Assembly (NCBI RefSeq): GCF_036971445.1
Contig: NC_091482.1
Location: 10,230,001-10,294,000 of the forward strand
From: Narcine bancroftii
Lineage: Eukaryota
Length of the DNA stretch: 64,000 nt
Reading direction: 5' to 3'
Part shown: piece by piece, positions 12,379 to 25,392 of the stretch
Layout of the letters: the number at the start of each line of letters is the position of its first letter
Position numbering within the stretch: position 1 is the stretch's first letter
Made by a program: the position numbers and the translations under genes
Notes under the pieces: generated by a model
The model's database searches: none
Told to the model about the DNA's origin: nothing
What the model saw: only the letters and a program-made list of their open reading frames with translations

Positions 12379-13864
12379 TATAACTATCTAAACCAGACCT
12401 CCCCTTGTATAGCTCCCCTCTGCAATGACACCGTGGAATGCAGTTAGACATCTCCAGCCTCACTTGGAGCCTTTTTACCTCAAAAGAGAAGCAATGTCAA
12501 AACTAAACCTTCAGCTCAGCTGCTGCTTCACTGAAAGAATGATATGGGAGAGTAGAGTTGGCCAAGCTTCTTGTAATGAATTCCTTTGAATTTTCTTTCA
12601 CCCTTGACAGCTTTTCTTTGCAAAATGAGAGAAGAAAGAACTCAACAGGTGGTAAATGAGGGATAAAATCGGAACTACGTTAACGAAAGCCTTTGTAGTT
12701 TCTAACCTTTTGAAAGCTGAGGCCCAGTCATCCTCAAATAATTAATCCCCCACTTCTTTCCCTTGAGGGTAGGGGAGATTGGAACAAGTTAAGGGTTAGG
12801 GGGCAAAACTTTAGAAGTAATATAAGAGGATGCTTCTTCACTCAAGAGAGTGGTGGCTGAGTGTGATGACCTTCCGGAAGAGGTAGTTGCGGCAGGGTCA
12901 ATTCTGTAATTTAAGAAGAGGTTAGTTGAGTACAGGGACGTGAGGGGGTTAGAGGGTTATGGGCAGGGAGTAGGTCAGTGGAACTAGTGGAGTTTCACTT
13001 AAATTGGTGCGGACTAGAAGGGCCTATATGGCCTGTTTCTATACTGTAATTGTTATATGGTTATAAACAGGAAGAGAAATTAATCAAGAATGTTTTTGTG
13101 AGGTTATTACAGACTTGAAGGATATTGGCCACCACGGTATGTGTGTCTCAAATAGGGGTACAGCTGTGGGGAGCAGTGGCTCTTTAACTCTGAATCTAAT
13201 TCTGCAAGTGAGATTAATTTTGATTGTGAGTGTTCACAGCTCATTAAACACAAGGAAATGAGAATGGATTGGTATTTGTAAAAATGCACGTGTTCCGTCA
13301 GATTTATTGTCAGAGTACATACATGATATCACATACAACTCTTAAGATTCCTTTTTCCTGCAGGTGCGGCAGAATTACCACTAATTGGTAGTGCAAAAAA
13401 TAAACCGTACACAACGTACCCATGTAAACAAACAAAGAACTGTAAACAGATAATGAATGCAAACAAACTGACCGTGCAATACAGGGAGAGCAAAGAAACT
13501 CAATAAATCAGAGTCCTTAAAAGAATCTCAGGTTGAGTTTGCTGTTGAGGAGTCTGATGGTGGAGGGGTAGCAGCTATTCATGAACCTGGTTGGGGCAAG
13601 TCCTGTGGCACCTCGACCTCCTTCCTGATGGCAGCAGTGAGATCAGAGCGTGTGGTGATCAGATGGTATTTATAGGTTTGATACCAATAGGGGTGTGGTA
13701 TTGAGATAAGAGTGAAATAAAGAGAACGGAGTCTGAAAAGTTTCTTTACACAATGGATTGTAAATCTTGGGAATTCTTAACCTCAGCAAGTTGTGGATGC
13801 CCAGTGGGTTGTTCATTCTGATCCAAGATCAATAGTATGTGAATCTGGGCTGGGAAATCATCTT

Positions 13865-14560
13865 AGAACCATACACCCACAGACCAGTATGGTACAGAAA
13901 GCAGGCCTTCAGCTCTTCTAGTCTATACTGAAGTATTATTCTGCCTAGTACCACTGATCAGCATCCAGTCCATAACACGACCATCCATGGACCTGTCCAA
14001 ATTCTTCTTAAATGTTAAAATTGAGCCTGCATTCACCACTTCAGCTGGCAGCTCATTGCGCGCTCCCATCACTCCCTGCGTGAAGAAGTTCCTCCTAATG
14101 TTCCCCCTAAACTTTTCCCATTTCATCCTTAACTCATGTCCTCTGGTTTGCAGCTCATGTACCCTTGGTGGGAAAAGCTTAGTTGCATTTACTCCTCCTA
14201 ATCTTGTCAACCTCTATCAAATCCTCCTCATTCTTCAACACTGCAAGGAATAAAGTCCTAACCTGTTTAATCTTTCCTGTAACACAGTTCCTGAAGTCTG
14301 GGCAACATCCTTTTAAATCTTCTCTGAACTCTTTCAATCTTATTGATATCTTTCCTGTTGTTAGGTGACCAAAACTGCACACAATCCTGTACTCTAAATT
14401 TGGCCCCACTAATGTCTTATATACCTTTCTATACACAATACTTTGCTTTATGAAGTGCCTGCGATGCCACTTTCGGAGAAATATGTATCTGTATTCCAAG
14501 ATCCCTCTGTTCTACTGCGCTCCTTGGTGCCCTATTTTACCACGTTTGACCTACCTTGAG
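13865..14560 (-). mobile_element. CR1 LINE 3' fragment
   Basis: YKTLVGPNLEY and TRGHELR..FFTQ RT C-terminal motifs. Confidence 0.85.
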
Positions 14561-15178
14561 ACAAAAGATCAACTGGGATTTTATTGAACGGCAGAGCAGG
14601 TGTGGGAATCTCTTGGACAAGTCTTGCAAGGCAGTTACAGGATGGGAGGGGTGAGCAAAGCAGTGGCTTTTCAGTAGGTTTGCTGGGGAAAAGGGGATAT
14701 TCCTGGGCCAGCGGGGCTGGACTGATGAAAGAAGGAAAGGTGGCAGAGATCAGAGTTGGGAGAAGACCGTGGTAGGACTGGTTGAGGTAAGAAGATCATA
14801 GCGGAATCAAAAACAATAAAGAGAACTTAAAAGTGGAAGCATTTCCAACATAGGCCATTGAACACAGGAATCTTGTGGGTTAAGACAGAAACAACAGAAA
14901 TTACGAAGACCAACAGAATCCCAAGTTATTGAACACAAACTTGCAATAGCACATTATCTCCTGGTAATAATCAAGGTATGGAGAAATTCTGAATTCTGCT
15001 GTGAAGATAAATTTAATAACAAATAAATATATAAATTGAATCTGCCTAAACTGCAGATTCTCAGCAGGTTTGGGAGCACCTATGGAGAGAGGAACAGGGG
15101 TTACAGCCTTTCTCTGTAGTTGTTGGATTGGAATTGTCTGTGTGTGGACCAGACCTGATTTTTCTCTTTGCATTGCAG

Positions 15179-15316
15179 AGGGCTATCCGTGTTCGAAGCC
15201 ACTCGATGGAGACTATGGTGTCAAGCCACAAGAAACACCACAGCGGAGGGTTGCCAGGCAGCCAGAGTGGTGGGATCCCACCTAGCGTGATGGATATTAT
15301 CAAGCACCCTCCTAAT
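15179..15316 (+). CDS. RAP1GAP2: RAP1GAP2 exon (RAIRVRSHSMETMV...IIKHPPN)
   Basis: ttgcag / gtaagt, 138 nt, phase 0. Confidence 0.92.
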
Positions 15317-16992
15317 GTAAGTACATGTCATCAAGTCTTCAAGCTTTACAGCACAGAAACAGGCCCTTTGGCCCAACTTGTCCAAGTTAGTAAACCAAGT
15401 TGACTACCCAAGCTAACCCCATTTGCCCGTGTTCGGCCCACATCCCTAAACCTTTCCTATGCACATGCCTGTCTAAATGTCTTTTAACATTACAATTGTA
15501 TCCACCTCTACCAGTTCTTCTGGCTATCACCCCCATATACCTACCGTCCTCTGTGAGGACAGACTTGTCCATGGTTAGCACAATGCTGTAACAGTGTCAG
15601 CGATTGGGACTGGGTTTTGAGTCCCGCACTGTCTGTACGTTTTCTCAGTGACTGTATGGGTTTCCTCCGGCTGCTCTGGTTTCCTCCCACCATTCAAAAC
15701 ATAGGTTAATTGGGTGTAATTGGACGCCACAGGCTCATGGGCTAGAAGAACCTGTTACCATGCTGTATGTCTATTATTAAAAAAAGTGTTGTTGTCTCTT
15801 ATCACCAAGTTCAACACAGGAAATATATTTGAGAAGGAAATTAGTAGATTTTGAGACAGAAAAGGCACCAAAGAGAATGGAGAGAGAGCAGGAATATTGA
15901 GATAAAGGATCAGTGTTGATTAGTTATTCATAATGCAGTTAAAATAATGTGGCTCGAATGGCTTACGGGAACGATTTTTGGGAATAGGATTACTCTGTGA
16001 TGGGCTGATCCTCCTTCTATGTCATAAGGAAATACTACAAATTCTATTTGAGCTGGGATTGGCCCATTCCCTCCAACTCAGCATTGGATCGAGGGTGGAG
16101 TGCACAATGTTATTGTGTGTCTCTTCAGTTCTTGATCAGTCCTCGGCGTTTCATCCTGAAAGAGATTATTGACTTGTTGGCAATTGTTATATTCAGAGTG
16201 GGTCAGATCAGGAATGGAAATGACTAGGGTGGGGACAGCAACGTCAGTGGTTTTTGACTTTACAACCAAGCAATACCCACTCCAGTTCAGAAGCTCTTGC
16301 AGTAATTATAGTCCTGGCTCAAGGCTTTAATGTACTCCATGCATCTCCAATGCCAGACGCTGCTCCAACCAGCAGGTGGTTTAACCCTTTGAGGTAAAAG
16401 AAACTAAGCAGGTCAGAGAGTACTTTATGTAGCAAAGATAAAGATATATACCATCATTTTGGGCTTGAGCCCTTCATCAAGGTATGAAAAAAAATGTGGG
16501 CAGGCGCCTGAACAAAATGGTAGGTGGAGGAGCACAGTCCCTCAGGCAGAAAGTAATAGATGGATAGGGTATACCAGAAAGCAGGGGGAGGGGATGGCTC
16601 TGTGAATGGAGAGGGAAGGGGGTGGAGAGCTAGAGGAAAGAAAAACAAAGGGAAAGGAGAAGAGAGGGAAAATGGAGAGTAAGCTAGCAGAAACCGGAGA
16701 AGTCGATGTTAATGCCATCCAGTTGGAGGGTGCCCAGGTGGAAAATCAAGTGTTGATCCTCCAATTTACAGGTGGTCTTGGTGGGATAGTACACAAGGAC
16801 ATGGACAGACACTGGTTGATCTGCATTCAGTGCTTCTGTGTTCGGGGCTGCAGGAATGTTGACCTCTTGGAACTTTGCACTGACCCAATACGACCCTTTC
16901 AAAAGCTAATGGAATCTGGAATGAATCTGAATTGCCCCTTTGTGATAAAATGCTAGAAATCTGGTTTGACTATTGTCACAATTAATCCTGTA

Positions 16993-17479
16993 ATACTAAA
17001 ACCCCCTGTTATCCAGATTTCAAGCAACTGGCAACCTCAAGCAACCGGCAAAAAAAATTGAGTAAAATAAATACATTTTTAATATTAAAATAAATAATAA
17101 AATCATAGGTCAAAATATGCAAGTTTAAAATAGTAAAATTAAATGTTCTCTGAAGTAACGTATAAACCTTTGGCGAAGATGGGAGCAAATATTCAGCCTT
17201 GGTTGGGCTTTGCGCGTAGCAGCTGTTTGAATAAAGTTGTGTGAAACAGCAATGGCCTCGCCCAGGATGTGACTGAAAATAAAGTGAAATTCTTTCATGT
17301 TTATAGATTCATGCAAATAAAGTTTGTTCAGTGTAAGTACAGTACAGTAATTTTGTCTTTTAAACTGTTTATTCTTAATGAAGGTGCATTGGTAAGAGTG
17401 AGTCTCAAGCAACTGGAAAAGTCGCTTTTCCAGCATTTACCAATCCTCGTAGGTGTCAGATACCGGGGATTTTACTGTA
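16993..17479. mobile_element. Tigger/pogo-like MITE (related copy ~48909-49113 nested in a CR1)
   Basis: TIR-like ta(cagt)aaaacccc ... ggggattttactgta with TA flanks. Confidence 0.65.
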
Positions 17480-17648
17480 CTTTGCTTTTTACTAGGAGGT
17501 TTTCAGTGAATTTTAAATCCAAAATGGCGAATCAGCTTTTTGCAATGCCTGGATGCACGCACAACCAAGATTTTCACTCAGCAGGGAGAGCAATAAACAA
17601 AACTCTCCCTGCTCTTTGTGTAATAAGCTTCACTTTTTTCCTTGGCAG

Positions 17649-17746
17649 CATGCAAAACATCTGAAGAGTCCAGTGAAGAGGAAATCAGGTCTCTTCCTCC
17701 GAACCCATGCCAGCTCAGAAGGCCAGTTGGATGGCAGGCCACGCTG
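17649..17746 (+). CDS. RAP1GAP2: RAP1GAP2 exon (HAKHLKSPVKRKSGLFLRTHASSEGQLDGRPR/C)
   Basis: ttttttccttggcag / gtgagt, 98 nt; SPxKRxSGLF motif. Confidence 0.88.
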
Positions 17747-18224
17747 GTGAGTGCAGCCTCTGGGACACCTCGCTTGTTCTATCTTCCTTCCATTGGCTTT
17801 TTGCTCATACCTTGACAAAAGGCTTTGGCTCAAAACATTGGTGTCTTCCCTTTGCTTCCTGTAGAAGTGGTGACACGGTAAGTGCGACGTCGTTACAATG
17901 CCAGCGACCTGGGTTTGAATCCAGTGCTGTCTGTAAGGAGTTTGTATGTCCTGGTTACCTCCAGGTGCTCCCGGTTTCATCCCACCATCCAAAACAGTGT
18001 GTTCCCACTGCCTCTTCAACCTTTTGACCTCTCAAAGCACTCACGGACTTCTGAGGTACTGACAAAGTGTGGCCGTGCAGGGAGCTCAATTATCAGTCTG
18101 GTCTCCAAAGCAACAATGATATTGAATAGTATTGGCCAGGACACCAAGGATCATTTGTAGTATCTGCAGACTTGTAGTGCAATACACAAAAGTGCTGGAA
18201 AAACTCAGCAGGTCACTCAGCATC

Positions 18225-21200
18225 TTTTTTTTTTACTTGGTTCGGGCTGTGAGTCGGAGGAAGCGGCGAATGGAGGTTGGGCGACGATCTGGGGGAGAAG
18301 GAGCTTGGAGAGAGTGAGGGGGTTAATTAGCCAAGGGGGTCAATAAAAGGAGGATAAGTATAAGGGAGCGGCCAGCGAGGAGCGACCCAGTGAGTGAGTG
18401 AAGGAGTGGGTCTTTGAGGCTTCGGCAAGCAGAGGCCGAGCGTGCTGGACAAAAGGTAAGACGTTCACAGTTAATTTAATATACATCTGTTTATTTTTTA
18501 CTTTGTAAGGTGTGAGGAGAAGGAGGAAGGATGAGTATGAGGGCAGTTTTTCTGCTCACAGTGTCACATGTGGGAAGTCATGGAGTCTTCTCATCTCCCG
18601 GACATCCACGTGTGCACAAAGTGGGCTGAGCTGAAGCGTCTAAGGGACCCAGTCAGGGAACTTGAGCTGCAGCTTGATGACCTCTTTCTGGTTAGGGAGA
18701 GTGAGCCATCACAGATAAGGAGTGTGGCCTGAAGGACCGGGTCAAGGAACTTGAGCTGCAGCTCGATGACCTCTCTCTGGTTAGGAAGAATGAGGCTATC
18801 GTAGACAAGAGCTACAGGCGGGTGGTCGCACAGAGACCACGGGAGGAGGGGCAGTGGGTTACCGTTAGGAGAAGGAAAGGGAGGGGTCAGGTTCATGTGC
18901 AAGCACCGAGTCTGCAATCTTCAGAAATTGGTACTCTACCTTGAGTACTGAGGAGAGGGATAGTCAGACTGTGGTGGGCAGAGGTGTGGTGTCAACCTCT
19001 GTGATCCAGAAAGGTAGGGGGATAAAAGGAAAAGGGCGATAGTTATAGGGGATTCAATGGTTAGGACAGATGGAGGTTTTTGTGGACACGATAAGGAAAA
19101 CCAGATGGTGGTTTGCCTCCCTGGGGCCAGGGTCCGGGATGTGACGATACATGTTCAGAACATCCTAAAAGGGGAGGGTGAGGAGCCTGAGGTTGTGGTA
19201 CATGTTGATACCAAGGATGTTGGAAGGAAGAAGGAAGTGGTCCTGCAGAATGAGTATAGGGAGTTGGGTAGGGGGCTTAAAAGGACCACTAAGGGGATAA
19301 TCTCTGGATTGCTTCCTGTGCCACGTGACAGTGAAGGCAGAAATAGAATTAGGTGGAGGTTAAACCCGTGGCTACAGGGATGGAGTAAGAGACAGGATTT
19401 CAAGTTCTTGGACCACTGGGACCTTTTTGGAAAAGATGGGACCTACACCGTAATGATGGGTTACATCTTAATCCCAGAGGGATCAGTCTCCTGGTGGGGG
19501 CATTTGCTAGGGCTGTTGGGGGTGGGGGGGGGGGTTTAAACTAGTATGGTTGGGGACAAGGTTTCAAGTTAGGCAGGACAGCAGGGTGAGGGTTAGTAGG
19601 CTAAGGAAAGAGACAAGTTTGAATAATTTGAGGGAGGAAAAGCAGGAAGTAGTAAAAAGATATTGTAGTGAAAATTGTGAGAATGGAAGAGAGGAGGATA
19701 TGCAGAAGGTAGGATGTAGCAGATCCCTGAGATGTATTTATTTTAATGCGAGGAGTGTAGTAAGGAAGCTGGAGGAGCTAAAGGTGTGGATTGACATGTG
19801 GCATTATGATGTTGTAGCCATTAGCGAGATGTGGTTCAAGGAAGGTTGTGACTGGCAGTTGAATGTTGCTGCTTTAAATGTGACAAATTGGTGGATTAAG
19901 AGGGAGAGGTGTGGCATTACTTGTCAGGGAGGATATTACAGCAGTGCTGAGGCAAGGTAGACTGGAGGGCTCATCGAGGGAGGCAGTGTGGGTAGACCTG
20001 AAAAATAAGGGTGAGGTTACTATTATGGGGGTATATTATAGGCCTCCAAATGGGGAAAGGGAACTAGAAGAGCAAATGTGCAAGGAAATAAGGTGAGATG
20101 TGCAGGAGAAATAGGGTGGTGTTGGTTGGGAATTTCAATTTTCCAAACATAGATTGGGAAACGCAGTCAGTAAAAGGGCAGGATGGCTTAGTATTTACGC
20201 ATTGTGTTCAGGATTGCTTTTTGCAGCAATATGTTGAGACGCCAACTAGAGGGGGAGCGGTTTTAGATCTGCTGTTTGGGAATACAATGGGGCAGGTGAT
20301 GGAGGTAAGTGTTGGAGATAACAGTGATCATGGGTCCATTAGCTTTAGCTTAATGATAGAAAGGGATAGGTCAGGTCAGAGGTTGAAGGTTTTCGAGTGT
20401 GGGAAGGCCAGATTTGGAGAAATGAGAAGGGATTTGCAGAGAGTTGTGTGGGCTGATCTTTTTGCTGGAAAGGATGTAGAGGAAATTTGGGGGGAACTTA
20501 GGGGTGAGATTTTGAGAGTACAGGATCTTTATGGCAGAAGGGGAAGACTAAAGGTTTGAGGGAGCCATGGTTTTCTGGTTTTAAGAAGTTGGTTTGGGAC
20601 AAGAGGGAGGCCTATACCAAATGTAAAAAAACAAGGGATTGAGGAGATGTATGGTTGTTACTTAGATTGCAGGAAGAACCTTAAGAGGGAAATTAGAAAG
20701 GCACAAAGAAGGTATGAGGAGTCCATAGCTAATAAGGCGAAGGTGAATCCTAAGGGTTTTTACAGATATGTGAACAGTAAAAGGAGGGTTAAGGATAGAA
20801 TAGGTCGACTGGATGATGGGACTGGTGAACTATGTCAGGAACCGATTGAGATGGGAGAAATATTGAACAACTTTTTCTCATCTGTATTCACGAGGGAAAG
20901 GGACATTGGGCTGTACGAGATAAGAGAGACAAAAGGCTTAGTTATGGAAAGGATAGGGATTAGTAAAGCGAGAGTTTTGGAGCTTCTAGGACTTTAAGGG
21001 AGATCAGGGAACAAATAGCAGGGGCACTGACAGTGATTTTTCAAAGATCACTGGAGGAGGGGGTGGTACCACAGGATTGGAGGATTGTAAATGTTGTTCC
21101 ATTGTTCAAAAAAGGCAGTAGGTGGAGGCCAAGTAATTATCAACCAGTAAGTTTGACTTTGGTGGTGGGAAAGGTTATAGAGGGTATTCTTCGAGATAGT

Positions 21201-22505
21201 ATATATGCATATCTGGATAGGCATAGATTGATTAGGGGCACCCAGCATGGATTTGTAAAAGTCATGTTTGATGAACCTTGTTGAGTTTTTTGAGGAAGTG
21301 ACAAAAAAGGTAGATGAAGGTAGAGCGGTGGACGTGATCTATTTGGATTTTAGTAAGGTTCCGCATGGAAGGTTAATAAGGAAGGTTCAGTCACTTGGAA
21401 TTAGTAGAGAGATTGTGACATGGGTTCAGAGGTGGCTGGGAGATAGACCGCAGAGAGTCATGGTGGACAACTGTATGTCAGGTTGGAAGCCTGTGATAGG
21501 CGGGGTGCCTCAGGGATTGGTGCTGAGTCCCTTGTTGTTTATCATTTATATTAATGATTTAGAGGAGGGTGTGGTTAACTGGGTAAGCAAATATGCGAAT
21601 GATATGAAAATAGGGGGAGTGGTGGATAGTGAGGTAGATTTTCTTGGATTACAGAAGAATTTGGTTTGTTTGGAAGAGTGGGCTGATAGATAGCAGATGG
21701 AATTCAATATAGACAAGTGCTAGGTGTTGCATTTTGGTAAAAATAACCAGAATAGGACATATACAGTTAAGGGGAGGGCATTGAGGCCTGCAGAGGAGCA
21801 AAGGGACCTGGGGGGGGGGTTATGGTACAGAGTTCACTGAAGTTGGATTCCCATGTAGACAGGGTGGTTAAGAAGGCATATATATGGTATACTGGCCTTC
21901 ATAAATCATAGTGTAGAGAATAGGAGCAGGGAGGTGATGCTACAGCTGTTTAAGGCATTGGTGAGGCCAGGTTTGGAGTACTGTGCTCAGTTCTGGTTTC
22001 CAAATTATAGAAAGAATATAGATAAGATGGAGAGGGTGCAAAGAATGTTGCCTGGCTTACAGCATCTGGATTACATGGAGAGATTAAGGAGACTGGGATT
22101 TTATTCATTGGAACGTAGATGACTGAGAGGGTTCTTGATAGAGGTATTTAAAATTATGAAAGGAATAGATAGACTAGTCATAAACAGACTCTTTCCCCTG
22201 AGGGCAGGGGAGGTTGGAACAAGAGGCCATGAGTTAAAGGTAAGGGGGCAACACTTTAGGAGAGGTGGCTTTTTCACTCAGCGAGTGGTGGCAGAAAGGA
22301 ATGAACTTCCGAATGAGATAGTTGCATCATGGTCCCTTCTGTCATTTAAGAGAAGGTTGGATGTGTACATGGAGGTGAGGGGGTTGGAGTGTTATTGGCA
22401 GTGAGCGGGAGGTTTGAGCTAGTGGAGTTGTTCTAATGAACCGGTGCGGACTCGAAAGTCCGACATGGCCTGTTTCCGCTCCGTAAATAGTTATATGGTT
22501 GTATT
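18225..22505 (+). mobile_element. Near full-length decayed CR1 LINE (ORF1 zinc finger/leucine zipper/SGNH esterase; ORF2 APE-RT)
   Basis: ORF pieces VCLPGARV..VVHV (esterase), CIYFNARS, GVYYRPP, GNFNFP (APE), YLDFSK, GVPQG, SKYAND (RT), and a gttatatggttg tail. Several stops and frameshifts; deletion near 20996. Confidence 0.93.
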
Positions 22506-25278
22506 TACAACTCAGTAGAAGCCAATTCCCGCCTTTTAAACACGTGCCTCCTAATTAAGCTACAACCCTGTATATTTTGGATAGTGGGATGAAACTGGAA
22601 CACGAGAGGCGTCTGAATAAAAAGGAGAGGGGGAGGAAGGAGCAGAGAGAGGAGCACAGGCCAACAGACAATGAAAAACACTGAGAAGTGATAGGAGAGG
22701 GGGTACAGGTGCCTGCCTGCTTTTTACTCAACAAAGGGCTCAGGCCTGAAACCTTCCTATAGTCTCTGTGTGACCTGCTGAGTTTCTCCAGCACTTTTGT
22801 GTATTGCACTACAATCTCAGGGTCTCCAAACTTTCCTGTTTAACCCCGATCAGTGAGCTGCCGACATGTGAGTAGGTGCCGCAGGAGGATTTTTGATAAC
22901 AGCATCCATCATATTGCAAAGTTCTAGAAAGTTTCTCGGTGATTCCTGGAGAATCCGACACAATCTGGGGAATTTGCAACAGTTAATGTTTCAGACAATG
23001 TGTGAATTAAGGTTTTTTGTTCTATGGTTATTTTTACATGCGTGACCTGCCATTTAGTTTCAGCAGGGGGTCATTGCCACCAACTGGGGTTTTTAACAAG
23101 TATGCCTTAATCAGGCTGGTTGTCTGAGCATTCTGAATATAAATAACTGATTAGGGCAGCAGACTGTTTCATTGAGATGAGGAGTTGGATCTGGTTGGCA
23201 GATCCACCTCTTGTTGCATTTGCTGGTTTTTACATTCGCTCCCTGATTGACAAATCCCTCTACAGCCTCCTCTGACCCTCGTGCCCCTTCCTGGGCTCTT
23301 CAGCATTTTCATGTTTCACTGGCTTAATTGCTGTCCTTTCACCAGCATCTGGAATTACCTCCCTAAAACTCTTCCCATTTCGGATTTCTTGTCAGAGTAC
23401 ATACATGACATCACATACAACCCCTGCGGGCCAGACTGAATTACCACTTAGCGGCAGTGGGAAAAAAAACTGTACACATTGTACACGTGCAAACAAATAA
23501 ACAACTACTGTATAATACAGAGAGGAGAAAAAAAAAACAACATATAATAAAGTGCAAAAGAAAGAGTTCTTAAACAAGTCCCTGATTGAGTTTGTTGTTG
23601 AGGAGTCTGATGGTGGAGGGGGAGCAGCTGTTCCTGAGAGTCTTGTGGCACCTGTGCCTCTTTCCTGATGGCAGCAGTGAGAACAGAGTGTGTCTTCCAT
23701 GATTGCTGTCCCCATTCAATGTTTGTTCCTTAAATCTACCCTCTGGTCAGACTTTTGGTGGCTGTTCCCAATATTTCCATGGCCCCGTGTGAACCAACCA
23801 GCCATGGTTTTCTATGCCTAAGTCGGAAATTGCTATTGAAGCATAGGTTTATTGCAAAGAGTAATGTGTTCACCTCTGTAATAGGGCTGGCTAACGATTG
23901 CAGGGAATCACATTAATGAGTGCCAGGCAGGAAATGTTGTCCAAGAGAAACTAGAGATGCAGAGAAGCTGGGACATGCTCCGTTCTCGCTCCTGCTGAAA
24001 GGAAAGGGGTATAGGTCAGATCTGAGATTTGAGCTTTCAGATTTATTGTCAGCGTATGTACATGACATCACATACAACCCTGAGATCCTATTTCCTGCGG
24101 ATGAGGCAGAATGACCAAAAGACATGACTCAATGTTCACATGTAAACAAGCTGACTATGCAATAGTGAGAGAAAAAAATCAATAAAGTGCAAAAGTAAGA
24201 CTCCTTAAACTGCCACAAGATTCACATCACCAGGTTCAGAAACAGTTGCTACCCCTTAACCACCAGACTCCAAAACAACAAACTCAATGAGAGTCTCATT
24301 TAAAGTCTCTTAATTTGCACATTATTTATTACTAAGTATTTCTTTTTTCTCTGTATTGCAGTCAATTTCTCTCTTTGTACATGTTTTTCTTACTGAATAC
24401 AGTTTACAGTTACTGGTAAGTTACTACCAGGCCCACAGCAAAAAGAATCTCAGGGTTGTATATGAATGTGAACTCAATAAATCTGAATTTTGAAACTTTG
24501 GAAGGACTCAGCACGTCAGGCAGTGCCCATGAGTAGAAATGGACATCATCGTTTCAGTCAGGACCCCTTTTTTGAGCCTTGAGAAAGTCCCAACTTGAAA
24601 CATTGACTGTCCATTTCTCTCTCTGACCTGTTGGGTCCCTCCTGTTTCTCACAGTAATACGTACTCCAAAATCCCTGCCCACAATCAAGCCTTCCTCCCT
24701 TGTGGTGGAGGCCTTTGTACTTGAAGGGATCTTTAGAATCTCTCAAACTCCATCTGCAGAGTTCAGAATTGACAGATAGAGGGCAGGTGTTGAAAATGCA
24801 TGAAAAGATGGCTGCCTTATCTGTGGATACAGAACACAATACTGGACTGGATCGTGCTTCTTCACACTGCCCTATAAATCTGGGGGAAGTGAAATGTTTT
24901 CACTCCCGAGTATAATTTAGACTTATAGCATAGTAAAAGGCCCTTCCGGCTCATACCCCAGTTAACCTACGACCCCTGTACCTTTTGAAGGGTGGGAGGA
25001 AACCGCAGCACCTGGAGCAAACCCACGCAGATACGGGGAGAACGTACAAACTCCTTACAGATAGCGTGAGATTGGAACCCAGGTCACCGGTGCTGGAACA
25101 GCATTGCGCTAATGGCTACACCAACCATGCTGCCCTAAGTGGGGCCAATTCCCCATCTCCAGGAGTCAAGTCTATTGCAGGAAACTTCACTACTTTAGGC
25201 CATGACTTTAAAGAGAGGAGGCTTTTGTCCCACCCCCTTACCACATTACTGACATCAGTTTTAATTCTTCTGTGGCAG

Positions 25279-25392
25279 TGAGAGCCTGTCGAGTTTGACG
25301 AAGAATATGGAGAGTGGCCAGATCTCGCCAGATATCAAATGGGAAACATCCTCCAACCCTAGCTCACCTGAAATGGGCCCCAATAAGGACAG
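25279..25392 (+). CDS. RAP1GAP2: RAP1GAP2 exon (ESLSSLTK...ETSSNPSSPEMGPNKD/R)
   Basis: tggcag / gtatgt, 114 nt, phase 2 to 2; ETSSNPSSPE motif. Confidence 0.9.
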
